Positions 51,101 to 60,923 of a DNA stretch of 64,000 nucleotides are shown here, piece by piece. How positions within the stretch are numbered: the stretch's first letter is position 1; each line of letters opens with the position of its first letter. The notes beneath the pieces were generated by a model. The model made no database searches, had not been told where the DNA came from, and worked only from the letters and a program-made list of their open reading frames with translations. The stretch lies in the IMG/VR virus record IMGVR_UViG_3300046616_000314, positions 372,001-436,000 of that record; one strand, given 5' to 3'. Position numbers and translations under genes: made by a program.

Positions 51101-52901
51101 CCGTGACGGTAACTTGATAGCTTGGGTCTTCTACTACCGGAGAGTTGAAGCTACCCGACCAGATACCCAGGCTGAATTCTGAAGTGGTGATCGTATTCGC
51201 CGTCTGCAATCCATCAACCGTAAACTCGTTAGTTTGCTCACCATCGATATAGACTTCGATGAAATTTCCAATGGCATTACTGGATAGTTCAAGATCGGTG
51301 ATTGTCGATTTTCTGTAGAAGAAATCTTGGTCATCCATCACCGGCATATGGTCGATACGGTCGAACATCATTTTGATGTTCATTCGGCGGACAGGATTGA
51401 AAGTAGACGGAACAGTCGGATCGGTCCCCGTCTTCTCGTAATTTTCGTACCAATATTTCCAAGGCGCCGTATTGGCAATGATCGCCAAGTCGTCGGCATT
51501 ATCCAGGCTCAGATAGCGATTCTGCGCGGTCTTTGGATCATAGTACATCGGGAAGTCGAAATCGGTGACAGTCGTGTTGGCGACATCCACCGGAGGCGAT
51601 ACGATGCGAGTGAAGTCGCGTGTCTTGACGCGATAAGGCTTAACTTCATCGATATAATCTAGAAGGTTCTGTGTATTGTCGATAGGTTGAACCGGAACCG
51701 GAAGCAATGCTTCGTTATAACCACCGATGGTCATGAACGAAGTCTTGAACGCCCACGGAACTTGATCTTGTTGCGCATGAACGAAGTGAAGCATACTGAA
51801 GAATACTTCGTTGATTTCTAGGTTCGTAAGAACACTACCCGATTGCAATTCATCGTAGATCGCACGAAATTCCCAGCTACCATCACGATAAGGGATGAGA
51901 GCCAGATCAGCCGTTGGATTTTCCAGCAGCTTCAAATCGGGATCATAGAATTTTTCAGAAAGTTTGATCGTTCCATTCTGACGAGCCACAACAGTCCAAG
52001 TACCATCCGCATAGGCAGTCCAAATCCAAGTACCATCACCACTGTTATCAATACGAACAAAGGTGGTCTTGGGGTTCGGGTTCTCTGCACGGTCGCGATC
52101 AGCGGGGGTGGCGTAGCGAACGACAGGCGGTTCAGCCGCACTATAACCTTCCGCATACCAATCGGTATACGACCAGAAATCGACCGTGCGAGCGGTTTGC
52201 TGTTGGTCAAGGGTGAAGCCATCTTCATCAGCAGACAACGACAGGGGATCGTATTTCCAAATCGACCAGAAACCCGAGCTTTCAGGAGAGCCAGCTACGA
52301 GGACGCGATCTCCGGTGGAGATTGGAGTTAGCCCTTGCGGCAGGAGGTTGCGATCTGCGAAGCTTTCAACGGCAACATCGTATTGCTTTGCCAGGGTGAA
52401 GACGCTTGAAGGATCGCTGGCGATATCATCATCCGTTGGCGCGGTTTCACCAGCAGCAGGAGCCGAAGCATCCCAAACGGTCCATTGAGGGGTAGTGTCA
52501 ACGAGGCAGTCAACAAGCACTCGTTGTGTTTCAACGCGGATAGCGTCAATGAATGCCGAGTTAGCTAGAAGGCTGTTACGTTCTTCGATGCTGTAGACAT
52601 GATAGTTCCATGTCGTGGAAGGTGGCACGGGTTCAATGTGATTTGTGCCCGCTGGCTGAATCCAGGCGGCAGCTTGAGTGATAGGCGTTTCGTAAACCAG
52701 AGCATCAACGCCATTGGGATTTTCAATGGTGAATGCTTGGCGGGAAAAGATATCGTTGACGATACCCACGAATGATTCGCGAGCATCAAGCACACCTTGT
52801 TGACCCGACGACACGTCGAACATATTTTGGTCAGGCAAAATACCCACGGGACCACCGTTAAGGTATTTGCTCAAGTTGCCATTTGTCGTTTGCTGGACCA
52901 T
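48168..52901 (-). CDS. Giant virion/baseplate protein (1577 aa)
   Basis: YIDEVKPYRVK and WINGERIEF...LKRGTHNT segments typical of jumbo-phage baseplate proteins; late promoter upstream. Confidence 0.8.
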   Translation of the reverse strand: MVQQTTNGNLSKYLNGGPVGILPDQNMFDVSSGQQGVLDARESFVGIVNDIFSRQAFTIENPNGVDALVYETPITQAAAWIQPAGTNHIEPVPPSTTWNYHVYSIEERNSLLANSAFIDAIRVETQRVLVDCLVDTTPQWTVWDASAPAAGETAPTDDDIASDPSSVFTLAKQYDVAVESFADRNLLPQGLTPISTGDRVLVAGSPESSGFWSIWKYDPLSLSADEDGFTLDQQQTARTVDFWSYTDWYAEGYSAAEPPVVRYATPADRDRAENPNPKTTFVRIDNSGDGTWIWTAYADGTWTVVARQNGTIKLSEKFYDPDLKLLENPTADLALIPYRDGSWEFRAIYDELQSGSVLTNLEINEVFFSMLHFVHAQQDQVPWAFKTSFMTIGGYNEALLPVPVQPIDNTQNLLDYIDEVKPYRVKTRDFTRIVSPPVDVANTTVTDFDFPMYYDPKTAQNRYLSLDNADDLAIIANTAPWKYWYENYEKTGTDPTVPSTFNPVRRMNIKMMFDRIDHMPVMDDQDFFYRKSTITDLELSSNAIGNFIEVYIDGEQTNEFTVDGLQTANTITTSEFSLGIWSGSFNSPVVEDPSYQVTVTDQGQPVKVFRSKPHESFHVTNQEEFTPVIGQTYRIDFTLRKIANATSLTTDYPAAYANAGLTTPPIVIPAYVRPSFDAEDANGVVDGYGLKYGEGYESADLFNTTNWELNKWYTLSAIWTPASPYVHARGRIRVNRTYFGPSYPNNINDIYFNSTPGATGPVSDAQFEIKEPTVTTVSQTAGGQHVYVTPPNHDALIHVVIRDSLNPQHIIETTSVNFQTSLPQVFTLDTDPAGYLIDVKANGTSLVTADFEVADDKLTVTRPLYGDTDVFVTLRNDLTEGAEADRIRQFYDPQGANAEKNLRRLMGLEFKANVLDGGELLDNSWRDYDVDGNATGNATASVQDEEYLNSNGNALSYADAVYGANRPQELMVVGSGEQLAMTIDAAWSSGVPAQRSFQSDVSNAVGSSYAINIKECQAHDGVHVFVDGLRVPAASYTVDWVNSIVNVDAVSGAEHVEIRTFGMSSYTKITSVKEYHKEAGDISVTLEVVPTSQELIVVYIDGQSYDDAVFDGTDQLTITQLFGKPDGYPVTVTIQQLPYPGAPQDTQVYLQELTYSGPVALTNPTTPATDETNCTFVDMNGKRLIPNTDYTVSAGTLTITAPITGLVQVMTFTNADRLNILNTYFDANPEGQYDIHSPYGSNYTWITMNGEYIPVNGLAIGTSADKVMVTSFQASPAFGAKTWHVSMNMPSRDLITPFETGDYDARPLEVLSLDYGPIGGSEVVGNSSVYVGNDVPNPGAVPNAYAGETKPIYVFRREAWEFVQWNKNADGVLANSVTSTDTEIHLSNTSVISNVTLMAEQYISNTITNAVSIREYVSEPGVIWINGERIEFFKMEETSNAIVLTELKRGTHNTRIGSEQLTKATRSGDGTSKVFTLPEFTSSAGIQITVNEVPYNSNGIQIITDDYTGYPINVPKTFGIDYTVASSGSGVTITFTKAPAAGSTIYILQQSGIVHSSGSLVYDGKNKLGYNPDQRLI

Positions 52902-52930
52902 AAAATTCTCAGACTATAAAACTGTTACTA

Positions 52931-52936
52931 TATTTA
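52931..52936 (-). promoter_or_regulatory. Late promoter TAAATA
   Basis: Upstream of 52901. Confidence 0.6.
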
Positions 52937-53023
52937 TGTACCGATTAAAGACGGCTTTTATGGATTGACTGAGACGAAAATTTCGTATATATGAGAGGAG
53001 ATATTAGAATTAGGGATTGATTT

Positions 53024-53770
53024 ATGAACAAGCGCACGATTGGTTTGCTCGCCGGGCTTGCCCTGATTGTCATTCCGCTGTTTAGTACGTGGGCGGTCAC
53101 GTCGTTGGCGACTTATTACAAGAACCACGGCTACTCCATCCCGAATGAAGCGGGTCCTTACGTTCTCGTGCAGGGCGATGAACGTGGTGTGCTTCTGATC
53201 GATGCAGCGTCTATCACCCGTACGGGAACGCGCGTTCAGATCGCCCAATACTACATCACCTATATCCCGATCCCTTGGACCAGCAATCGCGTTGGTCCGC
53301 CTAAGCAATCCGTGAACGCTCAACAGTCGCGCAGCGATATCGAATTTGATTGTCAGCGTAAGATGCGCCGCCAAACCAATCTGACCGTCTGGGATGAAAA
53401 CAACAAGAAGATCAATTCGGGTAAGACGGGAGACATTTGGCTCGCCGTGAATAAGGATGACGGCACTGGCGTTGAAATCATGAAGATGGCGTGCGTGGGT
53501 GATCTCATTCATTCACGCTTCCCGGTGGTGAACAAGTCGTTGGATGATCTGCGTAATGATTATTACGCGACGCCGAGCAAGTACGTCACTGAAAATTCGT
53601 GGCGGTTTAACCCCGATTTGGCATCCAAGAACGCCGAAGCTTGGGCAAAAGAAAAACGTGTTCAGGCACAAATTGATCTAGCCAAAGCGGAAGCTGATGT
53701 TGCCCTCGCGCGAGCCAAATTGGCGGCTGATGTTGCCCGTGCAGAACGAGAAAAGGAAGCGTCCAAGTGA
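53024..53770 (+). CDS. Membrane-anchored/exported protein with a surface-adhesin-E-like beta domain and a C-terminal coiled coil
   Basis: N-terminal hydrophobic helix; LLIDAASITRTG...EFDCQRK...; Ala/Glu/Lys-rich tail. Confidence 0.7.
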   Translation: MNKRTIGLLAGLALIVIPLFSTWAVTSLATYYKNHGYSIPNEAGPYVLVQGDERGVLLIDAASITRTGTRVQIAQYYITYIPIPWTSNRVGPPKQSVNAQQSRSDIEFDCQRKMRRQTNLTVWDENNKKINSGKTGDIWLAVNKDDGTGVEIMKMACVGDLIHSRFPVVNKSLDDLRNDYYATPSKYVTENSWRFNPDLASKNAEAWAKEKRVQAQIDLAKAEADVALARAKLAADVARAEREKEASK

Positions 53771-53842
53771 CCGACTACCAAACCCCACGGGTGGAACCCG
53801 TTTCGGCTGGCAGCACTTGTTGCCCTGATTTTCTCAGCCGGT

Positions 53843-54058
53843 TTGATCGGTGAAAACTATACCTATCTCTGGCAGCACACGGCGGGCGTTCCTGCGTTCG
53901 CATGGGCGGCGATTCTGTTCCTGTCGCTCAACGTGTGGGTTCAGGGGCATTTCGTTTACAAGTGTATTCCGAAACCCACTGTAGTCTATCTGATGCTCGT
54001 CATCGTAACCATGTGGACCGGGATCATCTTTTCGGTCTTGTCGCTGTTATTCCAATGA
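53843..54058 (+). CDS. Multi-TM membrane protein (start uncertain; frame open from 53771)
   Basis: Hydrophobic helices; in frame with the upstream gene across a single TGA. Confidence 0.65.
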   Translation: MIGENYTYLWQHTAGVPAFAWAAILFLSLNVWVQGHFVYKCIPKPTVVYLMLVIVTMWTGIIFSVLSLLFQ

Positions 54059-54060
54059 GT

Positions 54061-54084
54061 AAGGGCGGGGAATTCCCCGCCCTT
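54061..54084. terminator. Perfect 24-bp palindrome AAGGGCGGGGAATTCCCCGCCCTT between convergent genes
   Basis: Inverted repeat seen directly. Confidence 0.8.
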
Positions 54085-54088
54085 AAGT

Positions 54089-57000
54089 TTATTGTGGTGG
54101 TTGATAAGGTTTCGGGACTACGTTTCCGCGATCATCGAAGCCAACAAGGCTGTCTCGCATCTTATTCCAGAGCCAATCAGGCGGAATAGAACGCTCGTCT
54201 TCTGGACGAAGCATGAGCCACTGATCGTGGGTAACGTCATCCTCTTCCGGGTTGTCCAGTTCCAGTTGGAAGACTGTACCCGAGGTTGAAGCTACGTTTG
54301 ACACTGGCAACAAGGGATCGGTGACGAACGGCGAGACGCCGCCTACCAGCAATGCATTGGGGGCAACCGGGGCAACCCACGCCAAATCTTGAGCGATAGG
54401 GTTCGCCAGGATGCGAGCCACGGTGTTCACGTCCAGCTTACGGAAATCAACAGCCGGGGTGATCGTGCGACCTTTTACCCAGAAGAAATACTTGGTGACG
54501 TTACGTTCCAGTTGCGAATCATATTCAACCGTCTCAGTCCAAGCGGGGTCTTCCGCATTGAAGATCGTACCTGAATATTTTTGCGGATCGCTAGCTTGAG
54601 CGTCCAGCCAATCCGCCGGGGCAACATCCGACTTGAACCACTCGTAAATATCAACACTCGTAGCCGGGGCAATCTTACCCCAGGTCGTTGAACGATAGGT
54701 CAGTTCAGATTTCAAACGATCATCAGAAATATTCGAAGTCAGGTCGGTTTCACTTTCGATGAAACGAACGGTCGAAGTATTCCACCAGACGCGCCCGACT
54801 TCCGAGTTATCCCATTGACCATCGATACCGACGTATTGAGCCGGATCGTATTCAATGCGGAAATCAATTTCACGCTCAGCCGTACCAGGGATCAAACCAA
54901 CAGCAGGAGACAGAACCGTCAAATAATTTAGACGAATGGGTTCCGGCATCAGGGATGTTGTGCTCAGCGAGGTCTTGAGATCATAGACCAAGGTCGAGGC
55001 AATCTTTTCGTTGTCCATCCGCTTCGGTTGTTGACGTGCGACAGTCCAATCAGAAACAGTAGGACCATTTCTCAGATAGACACCCCAGGTAGGACCATCA
55101 ACATAGGCGATGTCGCCTTCAGCAGGATTATAAGTTTCGCGCTCAGCCAGGAAGGCAGAGTTAGACACATAGTGCATCGAACGCATGATACGAACTTCGG
55201 GACCAGTTTCCGGGGTCTCTTGGTTCAGGAAATCATATCCAGTATCAGGGAACACGGGAACTTCGAACCACCAGCCAATAGTTTCTTCAGTATTGGTGAC
55301 TGCGTTATCGACCACGACGTGACCGACGTTGGAAATGGTCTGGACGCCAATCAAATCGGGGGTGGTCCCGGTCTGACCGTCAATGACCACGTATGCCCCT
55401 ATAAACGCCCCCACATTGCCCATGAGACCATGATCGGCTTCCATGTAGATACGCGCGCCTACAACCTCTTCATCCTCTGTAGCGGTGTCTACGCGGATCA
55501 TTGTGTTGTTCGAACCAGTGTTGGACATATTGCGAATCTTCAGGGCATCCCAATGCAAATCTTCGCCTTGGTGAACCCAGATGACTTCACCCTCTTCCAA
55601 GGTTGTCGTATCTTCGACGTAGAGAGCCGGGACATCGGACCATGCAAAAACGGTGTAGTTGGCTTCGTTCGTACGAATGTAACCGCCCATCGGAAGATCG
55701 TTTTCCAGGGCGACATAATCGGCACGTTGCGGAAAGATGGTCGAAGGCGTCTTAGGACGTTCAACCCAGTTTCCATCCACGCTCGAATTGGCATCGTTCA
55801 AATCATACCAAGTTGGTAGAGTTGTGGAATTGCCAGTGGTGAAACGAATCAGTTGGGGATCGCGCTTGATCTGTGATGATCCCAGCATGAACGCCAAACG
55901 TTCACGTTGCGGAGCACCGAAGTTGCCAATGCGGAAAGCCCACTCTTCAAAGAATTTCAGGTCGCGGCTTTGTTCGATGAAATTCGAACGCAGCAGCTTA
56001 TCAAACGCACCAGGGGCGCCCTTTTGGTGGATCAGACCTTGATAGAATTCAAACTGTTCAACATCCGACAGAACCAGTTCTGAGAGGTATGAGCGAGAGT
56101 CGTAGCCGATGGCATGGCGTGCGTGGTCGCGCAGCACCGCGTTATCTGCCTTCTCGATATCGAACATCAAGCTAAGGTCGGTTGAAGATTTTTCATAGTT
56201 CGACTTGATTTGGTTGTCGATCAGAATGAAGCCAGGAGCATCCAAGCGACCGTTCCAATCCGTCGAGCGATTACCGATTAGACGAAGGCGCGGCTGGCGA
56301 AGATCGAACAGCGGTTCATAGATGATGTCACCGAAAATGGTTTTGTTGCTGAAGAACAAGGCGTGTTCAATTTCTTGAATGTTTACGCGAGTACCATAGA
56401 CATCAGCCAGCTTCGACAAGATCGTGACTTCTTCATCGACGCGATTGACCACGACATTGCGACGATCAATCGGATTACCAGTGCGATTGATCATACCGTA
56501 TGAGCCGGTAGGGGAATTCAAGATATCCATGACGATGCCTTGATCCACGATGATCTTCAGGAGATCGGCGCCAGGGGATACGGTGATGAAGTTGCCAGGA
56601 GCCCAATCGACTTGCGACCATGCCAGGAAATCTTCAACAGCTTTCGTCCAATCCTGAGTAACGTTGTCGTCACCTTCGGTCTGTTCAAAACGCCAGCCCT
56701 TAGAAACCATATAACGTTCATGACCCAGCAAGAAATCAGCAACTTCTTGTTGTGAATACAGGATAGTTCCATACGGAACAGATTCAGTATAGTCTTCAGC
56801 GCGCAAGTAAGTGACCACGCGCGGAGCTTGCGGATACAATGTTCCATCGCTCAAGTAATAGACTTGCTCAAATGTTGAACCAGAAGTGTGGCTCTTGACG
56901 ACGCGATAGACCGATGAATTGTGAGAAACCAATACGCCCACGGTATAGTAGGTGTTCGGCTTCCACTCATTGATTGAGGGTTCGGGCGTAGCCGAGAGGG

Positions 57001-60000
57001 AAATATAACCCTTCGGACCCGACTTCATCCCAGGAATGACAGTGAAATTCGGATTGCGACCATCGTAGCCGATGACCTTCCAACCCGCTCCGGTCCATTC
57101 AATCAAGATACCGCTATAGAATTCTTCGCGAATAGAGGGAGAGCGATACAGAACAATTTCGATATCGTCGGTCGGAACCAAGCCGAAATTATCAGCGAGA
57201 ACCTTCAAGTTATCTAGTGACGTATAGCCTGCCATTTTGTGAGCCAAACGAACGTCTAGACCACGGATGGAATCACCAAAATTGGAAGCCGGTTGACCGC
57301 GATACGCCATGTAATCAACGATCCATTGTTGAACGCCGGTCTTCACATAGCGCGAACCATCGGGCGCGGTTTCGCCGTGTACGGTGTTTTGTTCCGAGCG
57401 CGGGCGATTGCCGGTTGGTTCATAAATCCACTGACCGCTAGCGTCTTTAACAATGTCAACGGTATCCCAGCACTCTTCCATGAAGCGCGAAGGCTTCATC
57501 AGGAAACTTAGCTTCGACAAATCGTATTGGAACGTCGAAGAAATTTTCCAAAGATTTTCCACTGGACCTTCATCGCCAGCAACCCAATCGGCACTAGCTT
57601 GTTGATAGGTCGGAACGTCTGTGACAATACGAGCATCGATAGGATTCAGTAGCTCACCGACATTATCGATAGGCAGGTAGTCCATCAAATTCGGGCGGAC
57701 GAATCGTGCATCGAAACCAGCGCGGGGACCTTGAGCCACGAAACCGTGTTCCATGTGATCCCAAAGCTTAGTGTTGCCGCGCGTATACGGAGCAACCCCG
57801 TATTCGGTATCCCACCAAATAGGCTTTTCACTGAAGCCCACCATTTCCCACGGGGCGATATGCGGGCGATACGTGTCGAAATAGAAACGATAGATACCTT
57901 TCCAGTTACCCGGAATAGGTTGAGCATCGCGGTCGCCAACAGCACGATAATTCCAAGTCAAAGGATCATCGGGGGCGAATTGCGAATTCACGATTTCGGT
58001 GTCGATATCACGCGAGCGATAGTTCAAACCAGCAGCTTGTGACCAACTTTCAAGGAAGGGTGTGAGCATCGCTTGGGTTTCAGCATAGGTATAGCCATTG
58101 GTAGGCGCCGTACGGAACTTACCTGCAACGTAACCTTCGATATACAAGATCGGCAGTTCTTCGGTTTTGAAGGACGCATTGATGTTGTCATAGATGCGAG
58201 TTTCCAGAGCCAACATGATGTCGTCTCGGAAATCACCATCGGTCGGCGTGACGCTATTATCGTGACCTTGCAACATGATTTGCGACGGAACAAACGAAGT
58301 GTCTTCGAAAATCATAGGCGCGGTGACGCGACCAATACCCAGGCTTGCCGGGGTAGGAGGAATGAAGAACTGATCGCCTGCCATTTCGCTCAGTGCGAAT
58401 GGGAAATCCGAAGCCTTGTTCAGACGCAGCTTTTCAAGGATAGCCTGAACCCATTCATCGGGCGTATTGATCCATACAGTTTGACCGTTGCCATCGGCAT
58501 CGATATCGACGCGCATGGTTCCGTTCTTGTAGAAATCAATAATGGCTTGCTTGAATTTGTTACGGAAACGAGTGTACTCGCTTTGAACGTAGCGAATGGA
58601 AGCCAAAACATCGTAATTGGAATTGCTAGAAACCAACATAGTCTTCAGCATCGGCGAACGATGTTGTAAAATCTTGTCGCCATTGCCTAAGAACTTGTCG
58701 GTATCGCGCCAGTTATTGACCGTATACGGGTGTCCGGTAAAGCCATCTTGGCTTAGCATGATCGAACTGAAATGGTCGAACCATTGGTTACGGCTGATGT
58801 ACGAAACTTCATCGTTGGTCGGGTTCGCCGATAGGTTCAACGGAATCGAATAGACATTCGCAGTCAAGGTTTGGCTCGATGGCTCATCAACGGTGAACCA
58901 GTTATTCGAATAGCCCTCTACCTGACCTGTCGAAGGCAGGAAGTGATGATAGTAATACCCGATGATTTCCCCAGCATCATACGTGACACGGTAGACAATC
59001 GGATCAACCTCAAAGATAGGTTGAGAGTAAGCGTTGACTGTGATCGGGAAACCCAAATACGGATCGTTTGCGCCAGTACCAATTTGGTAGCTGAATAGTT
59101 CGCTACCGTTAAAGTCAGTGCCAGGATACGACGCAACATCGCCAAGACCGTTCGTGGAAGCATCGAACAGGTTGAACAACGGATTCATCTGGGAACTATC
59201 TACCAGAATCCACTTTTCGCCATCGTACCAATATTCTTCTTGGTCTTCGAATACGCTAGTTGGTCGGTCAGCTTGTGCAGCACGCTCAATGCGGAAAATA
59301 TCGCCGCGCTTGATCTCAGCAAATTGAATCAATTCAACAACATCGGCGGTCGCGCCTGAAGGCAGCGGCGTACCGGTGTTCGAAATGACACGATAGATCA
59401 TGTTGTTAATCTCTGGTTCATTAGTAACCGTTTGATTAACAAACATCAGATCGTTCGGCTGAAGAATATAATTGTTATCCACCAGCACCGAACCAATGAC
59501 CTTGCCGTCCATAGTACCGAACAGCTTGCCATTGATAGCCGATAGATTGACTTTTTCTTTATCCCAAACGTTGTTGTCCCAAGGATAGATATCCCAGTTG
59601 TCGAAGACTGTGGCTTGCGTAGAAGTCAGAGTAGCTTGAACGTCGGGTAGACGGTTCCAACCATAGTTCCACATTTCGATATTGGGTAGGAATTCAATAA
59701 TTGGACGCTTTGCCTTGCGGGCAGCGAAATCCAGACCAGTCCATTCAAGAGCCGATTTGTGAATCCAGAGATTGCGGCGAGCCCAAGGGCTTTGCTCTAA
59801 CGAACGGCGATCAATCACGATATAACGCGGTGTCTCACCACCTTCATCAGAACTGTGATCGTCCGAAAATTGAATGAACGTTCCAACACCTTCTGTGAGA
59901 TATGTCGTTGCGCTGTTGTTCGCATCATCGAACATAACTCGCGAACCTGTGGTCAGGTAATCGGCTTCAGCCGCGATCACCCATTGGGTTTCGTCAAATG

Positions 60001-60844
60001 TTGCGCCCGAAGTGTGGGCGATCACGCATCGGCGCGGACCCACACCCGTTACATAAACAAGATCGCCAACGGCATAGGCGTGACCATCCGCTTTCCAAGC
60101 AATAAGGAAAGTCAGCGGTAGGGTTTCCGAGCCGGTGATCGTCGTCTTCAAATCACCGTAGCGATAGGTTTCAACAATGTCACCCACTACCAAACCAGAG
60201 ACGTTGATTGTTGCGTAATAGCCAGCAGGATTCAGGTCGGTACGGGTTTGATAGTTTGCCGAAACAGGCTCGCCATTGACCAACACCACCGGATTATATT
60301 TTCCGGGGAATTCTGGTTGTTCACCAGGGACCAGAAATTCACCAGCGGCATTGATGATCGGATCGAAATAGAATGTGTAATGTGGAGCCGATAATTTGAT
60401 TGAAGTCAGGGCATTTTCTTCAGTAGAAAGCACACCCATCCAAACATATTGGCTGAAGTTATTGAGCTTATCGAGATCGACAGGGGGAGCCCACGAATAG
60501 TATTCGCCTTCAAACAGGCGGCTATGGTTCGTAGTATTCGCACCTTGTGAATTCAAATAATTGATAAGATCGTCATAGCAAAGCGTATTGGCGTACGTGC
60601 CGGTATTGTCAACGCTGACCATCGCGGGCTCAAGCTGATAGGCTTGGCGCGTGTCAGTGGGTTCTTCAATATAGAAATCTTTGCTTGGATCATAGTACAC
60701 GGGCTTCTGACCAATATATCCGCTGATCGGTTCCGAAAGACCCGGTTGGAATAGATGATCGGCTGTCGCAGAGAAGAAACCCTTGAGCGTTTCAGTCTGG
60801 TGAACAGCAGGAAGTTGTGTAATGATTTTACGTTTATCAGCCAT
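54089..60844 (-). CDS. Giant virion/baseplate protein (2251 aa)
   Basis: LPAVHQTETLKGFFSATADHLFQPG N-terminus, YSWAPPVDLDKL, YQGLIHQKG and FFEEWAFRIGNFG; late promoter upstream. Confidence 0.82.
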   Translation of the reverse strand: MADKRKIITQLPAVHQTETLKGFFSATADHLFQPGLSEPISGYIGQKPVYYDPSKDFYIEEPTDTRQAYQLEPAMVSVDNTGTYANTLCYDDLINYLNSQGANTTNHSRLFEGEYYSWAPPVDLDKLNNFSQYVWMGVLSTEENALTSIKLSAPHYTFYFDPIINAAGEFLVPGEQPEFPGKYNPVVLVNGEPVSANYQTRTDLNPAGYYATINVSGLVVGDIVETYRYGDLKTTITGSETLPLTFLIAWKADGHAYAVGDLVYVTGVGPRRCVIAHTSGATFDETQWVIAAEADYLTTGSRVMFDDANNSATTYLTEGVGTFIQFSDDHSSDEGGETPRYIVIDRRSLEQSPWARRNLWIHKSALEWTGLDFAARKAKRPIIEFLPNIEMWNYGWNRLPDVQATLTSTQATVFDNWDIYPWDNNVWDKEKVNLSAINGKLFGTMDGKVIGSVLVDNNYILQPNDLMFVNQTVTNEPEINNMIYRVISNTGTPLPSGATADVVELIQFAEIKRGDIFRIERAAQADRPTSVFEDQEEYWYDGEKWILVDSSQMNPLFNLFDASTNGLGDVASYPGTDFNGSELFSYQIGTGANDPYLGFPITVNAYSQPIFEVDPIVYRVTYDAGEIIGYYYHHFLPSTGQVEGYSNNWFTVDEPSSQTLTANVYSIPLNLSANPTNDEVSYISRNQWFDHFSSIMLSQDGFTGHPYTVNNWRDTDKFLGNGDKILQHRSPMLKTMLVSSNSNYDVLASIRYVQSEYTRFRNKFKQAIIDFYKNGTMRVDIDADGNGQTVWINTPDEWVQAILEKLRLNKASDFPFALSEMAGDQFFIPPTPASLGIGRVTAPMIFEDTSFVPSQIMLQGHDNSVTPTDGDFRDDIMLALETRIYDNINASFKTEELPILYIEGYVAGKFRTAPTNGYTYAETQAMLTPFLESWSQAAGLNYRSRDIDTEIVNSQFAPDDPLTWNYRAVGDRDAQPIPGNWKGIYRFYFDTYRPHIAPWEMVGFSEKPIWWDTEYGVAPYTRGNTKLWDHMEHGFVAQGPRAGFDARFVRPNLMDYLPIDNVGELLNPIDARIVTDVPTYQQASADWVAGDEGPVENLWKISSTFQYDLSKLSFLMKPSRFMEECWDTVDIVKDASGQWIYEPTGNRPRSEQNTVHGETAPDGSRYVKTGVQQWIVDYMAYRGQPASNFGDSIRGLDVRLAHKMAGYTSLDNLKVLADNFGLVPTDDIEIVLYRSPSIREEFYSGILIEWTGAGWKVIGYDGRNPNFTVIPGMKSGPKGYISLSATPEPSINEWKPNTYYTVGVLVSHNSSVYRVVKSHTSGSTFEQVYYLSDGTLYPQAPRVVTYLRAEDYTESVPYGTILYSQQEVADFLLGHERYMVSKGWRFEQTEGDDNVTQDWTKAVEDFLAWSQVDWAPGNFITVSPGADLLKIIVDQGIVMDILNSPTGSYGMINRTGNPIDRRNVVVNRVDEEVTILSKLADVYGTRVNIQEIEHALFFSNKTIFGDIIYEPLFDLRQPRLRLIGNRSTDWNGRLDAPGFILIDNQIKSNYEKSSTDLSLMFDIEKADNAVLRDHARHAIGYDSRSYLSELVLSDVEQFEFYQGLIHQKGAPGAFDKLLRSNFIEQSRDLKFFEEWAFRIGNFGAPQRERLAFMLGSSQIKRDPQLIRFTTGNSTTLPTWYDLNDANSSVDGNWVERPKTPSTIFPQRADYVALENDLPMGGYIRTNEANYTVFAWSDVPALYVEDTTTLEEGEVIWVHQGEDLHWDALKIRNMSNTGSNNTMIRVDTATEDEEVVGARIYMEADHGLMGNVGAFIGAYVVIDGQTGTTPDLIGVQTISNVGHVVVDNAVTNTEETIGWWFEVPVFPDTGYDFLNQETPETGPEVRIMRSMHYVSNSAFLAERETYNPAEGDIAYVDGPTWGVYLRNGPTVSDWTVARQQPKRMDNEKIASTLVYDLKTSLSTTSLMPEPIRLNYLTVLSPAVGLIPGTAEREIDFRIEYDPAQYVGIDGQWDNSEVGRVWWNTSTVRFIESETDLTSNISDDRLKSELTYRSTTWGKIAPATSVDIYEWFKSDVAPADWLDAQASDPQKYSGTIFNAEDPAWTETVEYDSQLERNVTKYFFWVKGRTITPAVDFRKLDVNTVARILANPIAQDLAWVAPVAPNALLVGGVSPFVTDPLLPVSNVASTSGTVFQLELDNPEEDDVTHDQWLMLRPEDERSIPPDWLWNKMRDSLVGFDDRGNVVPKPYQPPQ

Positions 60845-60848
60845 TCTA

Positions 60849-60854
60849 TATTTA
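60849..60854 (-). promoter_or_regulatory. Late promoter TAAATA (second copy at 60876-60881)
   Basis: Immediately upstream of 60844. Confidence 0.6.
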
Positions 60855-60895
60855 CCCGCGCATAAACTACGACTTTATTTATGTATATAAAACGC

Positions 60896-60923
60896 TTGAC
60901 GTATGAAAATCCTATGCTATCTT
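60896..60923 (+). promoter_or_regulatory. Early promoter TTGACG-N16-TATCTT with extended -10
   Basis: Drives the solitary plus-strand gene at 60958. Confidence 0.7.

Noticed and set aside
52965-52993. Early promoter for the 53024 cassette (TTGACT...)
   Set aside because: No TAnnnT at a 16-17 bp spacing; plausible but too weak to list.
55028-55819. 263-aa plus-strand ORF and other ORFs inside the giant virion genes (e.g. 47488-48048, 58073-58669)
   Set aside because: Antisense shadows of long, strongly biased coding sequences.
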